64,000 bases of DNA, from contig VGIX01000003.1 in the NCBI GenBank assembly GCA_016867725.1, positions 26,866-90,865 of the forward strand, in the 5' to 3' direction. Made by a program: the position numbers and the translations under genes. Shown here piece by piece: positions 20,163 to 30,474 of the stretch (within the stretch, counting starts at the first letter, position 1; each line of letters opens with the position of its first letter). Origin of the DNA: Candidatus Effluviviaceae Genus I sp. GTDB taxonomy: Bacteria > Joyebacterota > Joyebacteria > Joyebacterales > Joyebacteraceae. The notes under the pieces were generated by a model. The model searched no databases, was not told the origin of the DNA, and was given only the letters and a program-made list of their open reading frames with translations.

Positions 20163-21596
20163 GTGACACCCGTGTTCCACGAGGAGTGCGGGATCTTCGG
20201 TGTCTCCGGCAACTGCGACGCGGCGCGGCTCTCGTACCTCGGGCTCTACGCGCTCCAGCACCGCGGGCAGGAGAGCGCGGGCATCGTCACGTGGGACGGC
20301 GACACGGCGTTCCAGCACCGCGCGATGGGGCTCGTCAACAGCGTGTTCGACGAGACGGTGCTGGACCTCCTCCCGGGCCACGTGGCGATCGGCCACGTGC
20401 GCTACTCCACGACCGGGCAGAGCCGACTCATGAACGCGCAGCCCATCCTCGTGCGGTTCCGCGGCGGGTCGCTGGCGGCCGCGCACAACGGCAATCTCGT
20501 GGACGCCGACCGGCTGCGCTCGACGCTCGAGGCGGGCGGGGCCGTCTTCCGGACGACGACCGACACGGAGACGATCCTCCATCTCATCGCGCGGGCCTAC
20601 TCGAAGAAGCCCGGCCGCTCGCTGGGCGAGCTGCCGTCGGTCCTCTCCGACGCGCTCGCGGGGGTGCAGGGGGCCTACTCCGTGCTCCTCATGATCGACG
20701 GGACGCTCGTGGCGGTGCGCGACCCGCGCGGCTATCGGCCGCTCTGTTTCGGCGCGCTCGGGAGCGGCGGCTGGGCGGTCGCGTCCGAGAGCTGCGCGCT
20801 CGACATCGTGGGCGCGAAGCTCGAGCGCGAGATCGCGCCGGGCGAGATCGTCGTGTTCGATCCGGCGAGCGGCCCGCGCGCGTTCCCGCTCGCCGCGGAA
20901 CGAAGCCCCGAGAGCTTCTGCGTCTTCGAGTACATCTACTTCCTGCGGCCCGACTCGGTGGTTCGCGGCGTCTCGGTCGACGGCGTCAGGCGCGCGCTCG
21001 GGCGGCGGCTCGCGAAGGAGCACCCGGCCGACGCGGACGTCGTGATCGCCGTCCCGGACTCGAGCAACTCGGCGGCGATGGGCTTCAGCGAGGGGAGCGG
21101 GATCCCGCTCGAGATCGGGCTCATCAGGAACCACTACATCGGTCGCACGTTCATCCACCCGAAGCAGTCGCTCCGCGACCTCAGGGTGAGGATCAAGTAC
21201 AACCCCGTCGCCGACACGCTCGCCCGCCGCCGCGTGGTCGTCGTGGACGACTCCATCGTGCGCGGCACGACCAGCCGGAAGCTCATGAGGATGATCCGGG
21301 ACGCCGGCGCGCGCGAGGTGCACCTGCGCGTCGCCTCCCCGCCGATACGCTTCCCCTGCTTCTACGGCATCGACACGCCGACGAAGGGCGAGCTGATCGC
21401 GGCCTCGAAGGAAATCGAGGAGATCGCGCGCTTCATCGGCGTGGACTCCCTGGGCTACGTGTCGTTCGAGGGGCTTCTCGCGTCGTCGCCGCCTCCGCGG
21501 GAGTCCTACTGCGTCGCGTGCTTCGACGGAAGCTACCCGCACGAGTGCATTCTGGACTCGCTGGGCGGCCGCGCGCCGGAGAAAGGAAGGCCATGA
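20163..21596 (+). CDS. purF: Amidophosphoribosyltransferase
   Basis: EECGIFG (propeptide + Cys1), LQHRGQE, GHVRYSTTG, VDDSIVRGTT, Fe-S cysteines. Confidence 0.97.
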   Translation: MTPVFHEECGIFGVSGNCDAARLSYLGLYALQHRGQESAGIVTWDGDTAFQHRAMGLVNSVFDETVLDLLPGHVAIGHVRYSTTGQSRLMNAQPILVRFRGGSLAAAHNGNLVDADRLRSTLEAGGAVFRTTTDTETILHLIARAYSKKPGRSLGELPSVLSDALAGVQGAYSVLLMIDGTLVAVRDPRGYRPLCFGALGSGGWAVASESCALDIVGAKLEREIAPGEIVVFDPASGPRAFPLAAERSPESFCVFEYIYFLRPDSVVRGVSVDGVRRALGRRLAKEHPADADVVIAVPDSSNSAAMGFSEGSGIPLEIGLIRNHYIGRTFIHPKQSLRDLRVRIKYNPVADTLARRRVVVVDDSIVRGTTSRKLMRMIRDAGAREVHLRVASPPIRFPCFYGIDTPTKGELIAASKEIEEIARFIGVDSLGYVSFEGLLASSPPPRESYCVACFDGSYPHECILDSLGGRAPEKGRP

Positions 21597-23155
21597 AGGT
21601 CAAGCGAGCCCTCGTCAGCGTCTCGAACAAGGACGGCATCGTCGAGTTCGCCGGCAGGCTCTCGGAGCTCGGCATCGAGATCGTCTCCACCGGCGGAACG
21701 TCGAGGTCGCTCGCGACCTGCGGGGTCGCCTGCCGCGAGGTGTCGGACCTCACGGGCGCTCCCGAGATCCTGAACGGCCGGGTGAAGACGCTGCACCCCA
21801 GGATCCACGGCGCGATCCTGTGCCAGCCGGAGAAGCCGTCCCACGCGGCGACGCTCGAGGCGCAAGGCATCGAGCGGATCGACATGGTCGTCGTGAACCT
21901 CTACCCGTTCCAGAAGGTCGCCGCCGCGGGGGCCGCGCTCGATGAGGCCCTCGAGCAGATCGACATCGGCGGGGTCGCGCTCCTGCGCGCCGCGTCGAAG
22001 AACTTCGCCAACGTGGTCGTCGTGAGCTCGCCCGAGCAGTACCCGTGGGTCGCCGCGCTCCTCGCCGAGCACGGCGACGTGCCCGAGCACGCGAGGCGGA
22101 GGCTCGCCGTCGAGGCGTTCGCCGTCACGCGCGACTACGACCGGGCGATCCACCGGTATCTTGCGACGGAGTCCGAGTCCTCCGTGGACCTGCCCGCGTG
22201 TCTCGCCCTCGACTACGAGAAGGTCCAGGAGCTCCGGTACGGCGAGAACCCGCACCAGCGCGCGGCGCTCTACACGTCGCTCGGACAGACGCAGGCGCCG
22301 AGCGTCGTCGGCGCGGAGCAGCTGTCGGGGAAGGAGCTCTCGTACAACAACTACCTCGACCTCGACGCGGCGCTCGCCATCGTGCGCGAGTTCCAGGACC
22401 CGGCAGCGGCCATCCTCAAGCACGCCACGCCGTGCGGCGTCGCGATGGCGCCGACGCCGTCGAAGGCCTACGAGCGGGCGCTCGCGTGCGACCCGGTGTC
22501 CGCGTTCGGATGCGTCATCGCCGTGAACCGCAGCGTGGACCAGCGCCTGGCCGAGCTCATCCACGAGACGCACTTCGTCGAGGCCGTCATCGCGCCCGAC
22601 TACTACCGGAGCGCGCTCGATCTCATGACGAAGAAGCAGAACCGGAGGATCCTGCGCGCGACGTTCCCGGACCTCACGCACTACGCGCCGAGACCCGAGC
22701 GGCAGGTGCGGTCGCTCGTCGGCGGCGGCCTCCTCGTCCAGGACCTCGACACGGAGACCCTCAGCCAGGAAGATCTGCGCGTCGTCTCGGAGCGCAAGCC
22801 CACGAAGCAGGAGCTCGACTCGCTCATCTTCGCCTGGCGCGTCGTGAAGCACGTTCGCTCGAACGCCATCGTGATCGCCCGCGACACCGAGACGGTCGGC
22901 ATCGGCTCGGGGCAGATGAGCAGGGTGGACTCGAGCGTGCTCGCCGTGTGGAAGGCGGGGGAGAGGGTGAAGGGAAGCGTGATGGCGTCCGACGGGTTCT
23001 TCCCGATGCGCGACGCCGTCGATGCCGCGGCCGAGGCGGGCGTGACGGCGATCATCCAGCCGGGCGGGTCGAAGGGCGACGACGACTCCATCCTGGCCGC
23101 CAACGAACGCAACGTCGCGATGGTGATGACCGGGCGGAGGCACTTCCGACACTAG
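21593..23155 (+). CDS. purH: Bifunctional AICAR transformylase / IMP cyclohydrolase
   Basis: RALVSVSNK, GRVKTLHP, IDIGG, YGENPHQ, SYNN, QPGGS, RHFRH. Confidence 0.97.
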   Translation: MKVKRALVSVSNKDGIVEFAGRLSELGIEIVSTGGTSRSLATCGVACREVSDLTGAPEILNGRVKTLHPRIHGAILCQPEKPSHAATLEAQGIERIDMVVVNLYPFQKVAAAGAALDEALEQIDIGGVALLRAASKNFANVVVVSSPEQYPWVAALLAEHGDVPEHARRRLAVEAFAVTRDYDRAIHRYLATESESSVDLPACLALDYEKVQELRYGENPHQRAALYTSLGQTQAPSVVGAEQLSGKELSYNNYLDLDAALAIVREFQDPAAAILKHATPCGVAMAPTPSKAYERALACDPVSAFGCVIAVNRSVDQRLAELIHETHFVEAVIAPDYYRSALDLMTKKQNRRILRATFPDLTHYAPRPERQVRSLVGGGLLVQDLDTETLSQEDLRVVSERKPTKQELDSLIFAWRVVKHVRSNAIVIARDTETVGIGSGQMSRVDSSVLAVWKAGERVKGSVMASDGFFPMRDAVDAAAEAGVTAIIQPGGSKGDDDSILAANERNVAMVMTGRRHFRH

Positions 23156-23170
23156 GACCGGGAGGGACGC

Positions 23171-23703
23171 ATGGAGGGCAGCAGGCGGCCGCTGGTCGCC
23201 GTTCTCATGGGGAGCGACTCGGACCTTCCGGTGATGCGCGAGGCGGAACAGGCGCTCGCGGAGTTCGGCATCCCGTTCGTCACGCGCATCACGTCCGCGC
23301 ACCGCGCCCTCCGGCGGACGGTCGAGCTCGTCGAGACGCTCGAGGCCGACGGCGTCGAGGTGTTCGTCGTGGGCGCCGGCCTCGCCGCGCACCTCGCCGG
23401 CGTCGTGGCCGGCGTCAGCACGCGCCCCGTCATAGGCGTCCCGCTGGAGGGAGGGAGCCTCCGCGGGTTCGACGCGCTCTGCTCGACGGTGCAGATGCCG
23501 TCGGGCGTCCCGGTGGCGACGATGGCCATCGGGAAGGCCGGCGCGAAGAACGCCGGGATCCTCGCGGCGGAGATCCTCGCCGTCGGCCGGCCTGACCTGA
23601 GGGAGCGCCTGCGGGCCTTCAAGGACTCCCTCCTGCGGGCGGTCGAGCGGAAGGACGCGGAGCTCGGGGGAGGCGGCGCGAGGTCCGGGAAGGAGCGCGC
23701 GGG

Positions 23704-23707
<4 letters not shown>
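23171..23707 (+). CDS. purE: N5-CAIR mutase
   Basis: MGSDSD, SAHR, GAGLAAHL, QMPSGVPVAT. Confidence 0.95.
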
Positions 23708-24993
<1,286 letters not shown>

Positions 24994-25064
24994 GAGAGGG
25001 GCGACGACCGCTCCGGCGCGGGGCTCGCGCGGGCGCGCCCACTTCGATGAGCAATGCGGGCTCC

Positions 25065-25093
25065 TTGACGGACCCGCCGGGCGGGTCTAGAAT
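25065..25093 (+). promoter_or_regulatory. Near-consensus sigma70 promoter with palindromic spacer
   Basis: TTGACG-GACCCGCCGGGCGGGTC-TAGAAT; the 17-nt spacer is a 7-3-7 inverted repeat. Confidence 0.75.
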
Positions 25094-25130
25094 GGCCCCG
25101 CTCGGCAGGTCCGGCCCAAGGGGGGACCGC

Positions 25131-25907
25131 ATGCGGGACATCCAGGACCAGGAGGAGACGAGGGGCATCGGCCTGGACCAGGTCGGCCTCGCGCGCCTTG
25201 CGATCCCGATCCGCGTGCTCGACCGTGACGGGCGGGCACGCGAGGCGACGGCGACGGTCAGCGTGTTCGTCGCGCTCCCGGCCGGCGCCCGCGCGGTTCA
25301 CATGAGCCGCTTCCTCGAGGCGCTCGCTGGAAGCGCCGAGCCGCTCGACCGCGACGTCGTGCGGGAGCTCCTCGCGAACCTGCGGTCCAGGCATGACGCC
25401 CCCGGCGCCGGGATCGAGATGGACTTCCCCTTCTCCGTCACGAAGACAGCACCCACCACGGGCAGCTCGAGCGCCCTTGTCTGCCGAGCCACCGTGAAGG
25501 CCTCGCTTGCGGACTCCTTCCGCTACGCCGTCGGCGTCCGCGTGCCGGTCATGATGGTCTGCCCGTGCTCCGTGGGCGCCGCGGGACGCGCGGGACTGGC
25601 GCAGCGGGGGTACGTGTCGGTATCGGTCGAGGCCGACCGCGCCGTCCGCTTCGAGGACCTCGTGGACCTCGTCGAGTCGTGCGCGAGCGCGCCGGTGCGC
25701 GCCCTCCTCAAGGCCGCCGACGAGCGCGCCCTCCTCGAGTCCGCCGTCAGCCGTCCGTTCTTCGTCGAGGACATCGTGCGGAACGTGACGCAGGTGCTCG
25801 AGGCCGATCCGTCCGTCGACTGGTACAGCGTGGAAGCCGAGAACCTCGAAGGAGCCCACGACCACAGCACGTTCGCGTCCCGCGAGCACCGCCGCGCGGC
25901 GGGCTGA
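25131..25907 (+). CDS. folE2: GTP cyclohydrolase IB (FolE2/MptA) family protein with degenerate active-site motifs
   Basis: DIQ, HMSRF, CPCS, FVED retained; HNQR, KRxDE and ESIH motifs altered. Confidence 0.8.
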   Translation: MRDIQDQEETRGIGLDQVGLARLAIPIRVLDRDGRAREATATVSVFVALPAGARAVHMSRFLEALAGSAEPLDRDVVRELLANLRSRHDAPGAGIEMDFPFSVTKTAPTTGSSSALVCRATVKASLADSFRYAVGVRVPVMMVCPCSVGAAGRAGLAQRGYVSVSVEADRAVRFEDLVDLVESCASAPVRALLKAADERALLESAVSRPFFVEDIVRNVTQVLEADPSVDWYSVEAENLEGAHDHSTFASREHRRAAG

Positions 25908-25928
25908 GCGGGAAACAGGAGGTGCGCC

Positions 25929-26183
25929 ATGGAGAAGAAGCAGATCGGAAGGGTGTCCCACTACTTCGGAGGGCCGGGCGTAGCGGCCATCGAGCTCTCC
26001 GACCGGCTCGCGGTGGGCGACAGGATCTCGATCGTGGGCCACACCACCGACGTCGAGATGGTGGTCGAGTCGATGCAGATCGAGCACGCGGCCGTCCAGG
26101 AGGCGGGCCGGGGCGACAGCATCGGCATCAAGGTCCCGCAGAAGGTCCGCGAGCACGACGCGGTCTTCAAGGTCACCGGGTGA
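25929..26183 (+). CDS. Small 'translation elongation factor-like' beta-barrel protein (EF-Tu domain II / U32 C-terminal-like)
   Basis: IGRVSHYF, GDRISIVGHTTD, VESMQIEH, GDSIGIKV, VREHDAVFK; AGGAGGT RBS. Confidence 0.75.
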   Translation: MEKKQIGRVSHYFGGPGVAAIELSDRLAVGDRISIVGHTTDVEMVVESMQIEHAAVQEAGRGDSIGIKVPQKVREHDAVFKVTG

Positions 26184-26199
26184 GCGCGAGGCGGAGCGC

Positions 26200-26862
26200 G
26201 TGACGACGCTCACGGCGGCCGCGATCTCGCTCGCGACGCGGCTTCATGCGCCCGATGGCGGGCGGCGCGCCGACGACGAGGCGGCGCGGGAGCTGAAGGG
26301 CGCGGCGCGCGCCTTCGCCTTGCGCTGGCCCGGCGCGCTCTCCGGCGCGCCCACCGTGACGAGCGACGGGGCGCTCGCGCTCCAGATGACGAGCGCGGCG
26401 GCGCTCGTTGACGCGATGCTGTCGCTGGCCGCGTCGCTCCGCGACGACCGCCCGACCTTCTGCGGAGCCGTCGTCAGACTCCAGCGCCCCGCGGAGGCCG
26501 TCGAAATGAGGCTCGTCGCGCAGAGCGACGCCTTCGAACGGGCGCTCGCCGGGCTGCCGGAGTCGGACCCGCGCGGGCCGCGCGTCGTCATGCTCCTGCC
26601 GGACCCTGACCCCGTCCTCGGAGCGCTGCTCGATCTCCTCCTGAGCGCGCACGACGAGATGACCGCGCGGCAGCGTCAGGTCGTGTCCCTCGTCAGAGAG
26701 AGCGAGACCCAGCAGGCCGTCGCCCGCCACCTGAACGTCTCGCGCCAGGCCGTCAACCAGAGCCTCGCGGCTGCCGGCTGGCCGCTGCTTCTGCACGCCG
26801 AGTCCGTGGTCAGGGCACGCCTCGAACGCGCGGCGGGGAAGACCCCGCTGGCGGAGTTGTAA
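26200..26862 (+). CDS. SatD-like protein with C-terminal HTH
   Basis: C-terminal TARQRQVV...TQQAVARHLNVSRQAVNQSLAAAGW matches the SatD-type HTH; N-terminal half divergent. Confidence 0.6.
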   Translation: MTTLTAAAISLATRLHAPDGGRRADDEAARELKGAARAFALRWPGALSGAPTVTSDGALALQMTSAAALVDAMLSLAASLRDDRPTFCGAVVRLQRPAEAVEMRLVAQSDAFERALAGLPESDPRGPRVVMLLPDPDPVLGALLDLLLSAHDEMTARQRQVVSLVRESETQQAVARHLNVSRQAVNQSLAAAGWPLLLHAESVVRARLERAAGKTPLAEL

Positions 26863-27014
26863 AGCCCATGCTATTGACTTTGGCCTCCAGAATACGCCGT
26901 CGGGGTGGCTCTTTTCGGGCGTCCGGGCCCGGGCAGCCATCCGCAGCAAACGGCCCGCAGAAGCGGTTTTCGGGGCCTTCCCGGGGCTGTGAGAGAGGCT
27001 GTGGGCGCCTGCGC

Positions 27015-27983
27015 ATGCTCGCGGGGTCCCTGACGGCGGCCCTTCTGTGGGGCGTCGTTGCCGGGCTGGCGGGCGCCGCCGACCCGTCGGCGGCCGCGCT
27101 CGTGGTCCGCGGCGTCCAGGACTACCGCGCGCGCGCGATGCGGTCGGGAACCGAGCAGCTCGAGCGGGCCGTCGCGCTGCGCCCGGGGTGGAGCACGGCG
27201 CGCGCGTCGCTTGCGACGGCGCTGTTCAGGAACGGAGCCGCGGGCAGCGCGGTCGAGCAGTTCGAGGCTCTCATCGGGGTCGGCACGGCGCGAGACCTCG
27301 CGTCGGGCGCTCTTCAGAGCGCCGCGCTCCAGGGCCCCGTCGACCCGAACCACGTGCTGGGACTGGCGATGTCCCTGCAGCAGCTCGGCAGGACGCGCGA
27401 GGCGGAGCGCCTCTACAGGTGCGCGGCGGATCTCCTGGGGCCGACCTCGAAGGAGTCGGGGCGGGCGTACTTCCTCCTGGCGCAGATGCTGAGCGAGCGC
27501 GGCCTGCCGTGGAGCGATCATGAGGCGGAGCTTGCGAAGGCGCTCGCTGTCGACGCAGGCGTGGCGGGGCGCGACGTGCTCCCGCCCTTTCCCGACCTTG
27601 CCGCCGACCCCGAGCTCGAGCCGTACACGTGGCCCGTGACCGCAGCCCGCGCCGACTCGAGCCGCTCGGCGCCGGAGACGCTGCCGCGTCTCGCCGAGTG
27701 GCCGCCGGCGGTCGAGCGCGCGGCGCCGGCGTTCACCGGGGCCGTCACCGTCGAAGCGCTCGTGCTGCCCGACGGCAGCGTCGGGGGGGCGGAGGTCGTC
27801 GCCCCGGCGGAGGTGTCCGAGGAGCTGCGGGAGGCCGCGGTCAGGGCGGTGAGCGCGGCGCGCTTCGACCCGGCTCTCGGGGCTGACGGGTTCCCGATGG
27901 ACGCCTGGGTCGCGATCGCCGTTCCGGGCCGCGTCATCTCGGGCGAGCCGCCGTCGGAGCCCGGTCACCGGGAGACGCCGTGA
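27015..27983 (+). CDS. Exported TPR protein with C-terminal TonB_C domain
   Basis: Signal-like N-terminus, TPR-like helices, GAVTVEALVLPDGSV...AAVRAVSAARFDPA; start uncertain (ORF open from 26868). Confidence 0.65.
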   Translation: MLAGSLTAALLWGVVAGLAGAADPSAAALVVRGVQDYRARAMRSGTEQLERAVALRPGWSTARASLATALFRNGAAGSAVEQFEALIGVGTARDLASGALQSAALQGPVDPNHVLGLAMSLQQLGRTREAERLYRCAADLLGPTSKESGRAYFLLAQMLSERGLPWSDHEAELAKALAVDAGVAGRDVLPPFPDLAADPELEPYTWPVTAARADSSRSAPETLPRLAEWPPAVERAAPAFTGAVTVEALVLPDGSVGGAEVVAPAEVSEELREAAVRAVSAARFDPALGADGFPMDAWVAIAVPGRVISGEPPSEPGHRETP

Positions 27984-29686
27984 GCGGCGCCGGGGGCAGC
28001 TCGCCGAGCGGCGCGGGCGCAGAGGCGATGGGGCGGCGCGACTGGCTCGCCGTGGCCTGCGCTCTCGCGGTCGCAGCCGTGCTTCGCATCGTCTTCCTGC
28101 GTGAGACGGCCGCCCATCCGCTGTACCAGGCGCTCACCGGAGACCCGGCGCTCTATCACAGACAGGCGCTCGACGTCCTCGGCGGCAGGCCGGCGCCGGA
28201 TCACGCGTACTTCCACTCAAGCCCGCTGTACCCGTTCGTGCTCGCCGCGCTCCTCCGCATCGGCGGAGGCAGCCTGACGGCAGTGCGTGCGGTGCAGTCG
28301 GCGGTCGGCATCGGCACGGTGCTCCTCATCGCGCGACTCGCGGCGGCGGCCTTCGGGCGGCGCGCCGCGGTCGCGGCGGCGTGGCTCGCCGCGCTCTACG
28401 TCCCCTTCATCTTCTTCGAGAGCGAGGTCCTCGAGATCGCGTGGGTGCTGGCATTCGTGACGGGGATGCTGCTCCTGCTCGCCCGGCGGCGCTCAGCGCT
28501 CACGACGGCCGCGGCAGCCGCGGCGGGGGCCCTGCTCGGCCTCGCCTCGCTCGGCAAGCCCAACCTGCTGCTCTTCGCGCCCGTCGGGTCGGCCCTCATC
28601 ATGGCCGGCGCGATGGCCGGCGAGCGGGAAGCACCGCCCCGGGCGGAGCGGCAGGAGGCATGGGGCCGCCGCGCCGCCCCGGCGGTCGTCTTCTTCGTCG
28701 TCACGGGCCTCATGATCCTCCCGGCCACCGTCCACAACCTCAGGACGTCGGGCGACCTCATCCCCGTGTCGTCGAACGGCGGGATCAACCTGTACATCGG
28801 CAACCACGCGGGGGCGTCCGGGATGTTCCAGGTGCCGCCGGAGATGCGCCTCGACCTGCTCGGGTCCTCGACGAGGGCGGCGGAGCGCGAGGCCGGACGC
28901 CGGCTCTCGGCCGGGGAGGTGTCGGACCACTGGGCACGCAAGGCGTTCGCGTACATGAGGTCGCAGCCGGGCTCGTGGCTCGCGCTCATGGCGAGGAAGA
29001 CCGCGCTCTTCTGGAACGCGTACGAGATCCCCAACCACTACCACTTCTACTTCGTGCGCGGGTTCGCGCCGGTGCTTCGCATTCCGCTGTCCACGTTCGG
29101 CGTCGTGGCGCCGCTCGGCCTGCTCGGGCTGTGTCTCGCGGCCGGCCGCAGAAGGCCCCACGCGCCGCTCCTCATCGCGTATGGCGCGACGTTCATGGTC
29201 TCGGTCGTGCTCTTCTTCATCACGGCGAGATACCGGCTCGCCGTCGCGCCGGTCCTGCTCGCCGCGGCCGGGTACGCGCTCACCGAGCTGTGGGCGTTCG
29301 CCCGCGAGGCGAAGTGGCGCTCGCTCGCGGGCGCGGGGGCGGTCCTCGCCGCGCTGGCCGTCGGCGTGAACGTCCCGATGGTCGAGTTCGGCTTCGCGCA
29401 GATGCACAACACGGTCGGCGCCATCCTTGGCGACCGGGGAGACTACGTCGGCGCGGCAACGGAGTTCCGGAGGGCCGTCGGGGAGGACCCGGACAACATC
29501 TCGGCCCACTACAACCTGGGCGTCGCCCTCGTCGAGACAGGAGACCTGGAGGAGGCCGCTCGGGCCTTCGAGCGAGCGACGCGGCTCTATCCGGGCTACC
29601 GGGAGGCCCGGGCCGCGCTCGCCGCGACGCTCGAGCGCATCGAACGAGCGCGCGAGGCGGACGGGAGCGAACGGAGGAGCGAATGA
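27980..29686 (+). CDS. GT-C (family 39/ArnT/PMT-like) membrane glycosyltransferase with C-terminal TPRs
   Basis: D..Y in first loop, PLYPFVLA, GKPN, NGGINLYIGN, RYRLAV; TPR tail AHYNLG. Confidence 0.8.
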   Translation: MSGAGGSSPSGAGAEAMGRRDWLAVACALAVAAVLRIVFLRETAAHPLYQALTGDPALYHRQALDVLGGRPAPDHAYFHSSPLYPFVLAALLRIGGGSLTAVRAVQSAVGIGTVLLIARLAAAAFGRRAAVAAAWLAALYVPFIFFESEVLEIAWVLAFVTGMLLLLARRRSALTTAAAAAAGALLGLASLGKPNLLLFAPVGSALIMAGAMAGEREAPPRAERQEAWGRRAAPAVVFFVVTGLMILPATVHNLRTSGDLIPVSSNGGINLYIGNHAGASGMFQVPPEMRLDLLGSSTRAAEREAGRRLSAGEVSDHWARKAFAYMRSQPGSWLALMARKTALFWNAYEIPNHYHFYFVRGFAPVLRIPLSTFGVVAPLGLLGLCLAAGRRRPHAPLLIAYGATFMVSVVLFFITARYRLAVAPVLLAAAGYALTELWAFAREAKWRSLAGAGAVLAALAVGVNVPMVEFGFAQMHNTVGAILGDRGDYVGAATEFRRAVGEDPDNISAHYNLGVALVETGDLEEAARAFERATRLYPGYREARAALAATLERIERAREADGSERRSE

Positions 29687-30474
29687 GCGTCGGCGACGGC
29701 GCGATCGTCTTCAAGGACCTCGCGAAGACCTACGGCGACGTGCGGGCCGTGAAGGGCGTGAACCTCGTCATCCCTCGGGGCCAGATCTGCGGCTACCTGG
29801 GACCGAACGGGGCGGGGAAGTCGACGACCGTCAAGATGGCTACCGGCATGATCCGCCCGACGAGCGGAACGGCCGTCGTCGACGGCTTCGACATCGCCGC
29901 CGAGCCCATCGAGGCGAAGCGCCGCATCGGCGTGGTCCCCGAGACCGGGGCCCTGTACGAGAGCCTTACGGCGCGGGAGTACCTCACGCTCGTCGGGAGG
30001 CTCTACCACGTGCCGCCCCACGAGGCCGCCGAGAAGATCTCGTCATTCCTCAGGCTCTTCGGGATCGCCGACGTCCAGGACCGCGTGATGAGCTCGTACT
30101 CGAAGGGCATGAAGCAGCGCGTGCTCATCTCCGCGGCGCTCATCCACAACCCCAGCGTGCTCTTCCTCGACGAGCCGCTTTCGGGCCTCGACGCGAACAC
30201 CGCGCTCGTCCTCAAGGAGCTGCTCCGGGAGCTGGCGGCGCAGGGGAAGACCGTCTTCTACTGCTCGCACGTCCTCGAGGTCGTCGAGAAGGTGTGCCAC
30301 CGGGTGGTCATCCTCAGCCACGGGGAGGTCATCGCGGACGGCAACGTCGAGGAGCTCAAGCACCTGACGAGTCGGGAGTCCCTCGAGGACGTGTTCAGCC
30401 GGCTCACGTCGGCGGGCGACCTCGCGGAGATCGTGAGGGCGTTCTCGGAGAGCGTGCGAGGGGGGCGGCCGTGA
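29683..30474 (+). CDS. ABC transporter ATP-binding protein (ABC-2 export type)
   Basis: GPNGAGKST, YSKGMKQR, LFLDEPLSGLD, SH. Confidence 0.95.
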   Translation: MSVGDGAIVFKDLAKTYGDVRAVKGVNLVIPRGQICGYLGPNGAGKSTTVKMATGMIRPTSGTAVVDGFDIAAEPIEAKRRIGVVPETGALYESLTAREYLTLVGRLYHVPPHEAAEKISSFLRLFGIADVQDRVMSSYSKGMKQRVLISAALIHNPSVLFLDEPLSGLDANTALVLKELLRELAAQGKTVFYCSHVLEVVEKVCHRVVILSHGEVIADGNVEELKHLTSRESLEDVFSRLTSAGDLAEIVRAFSESVRGGRP

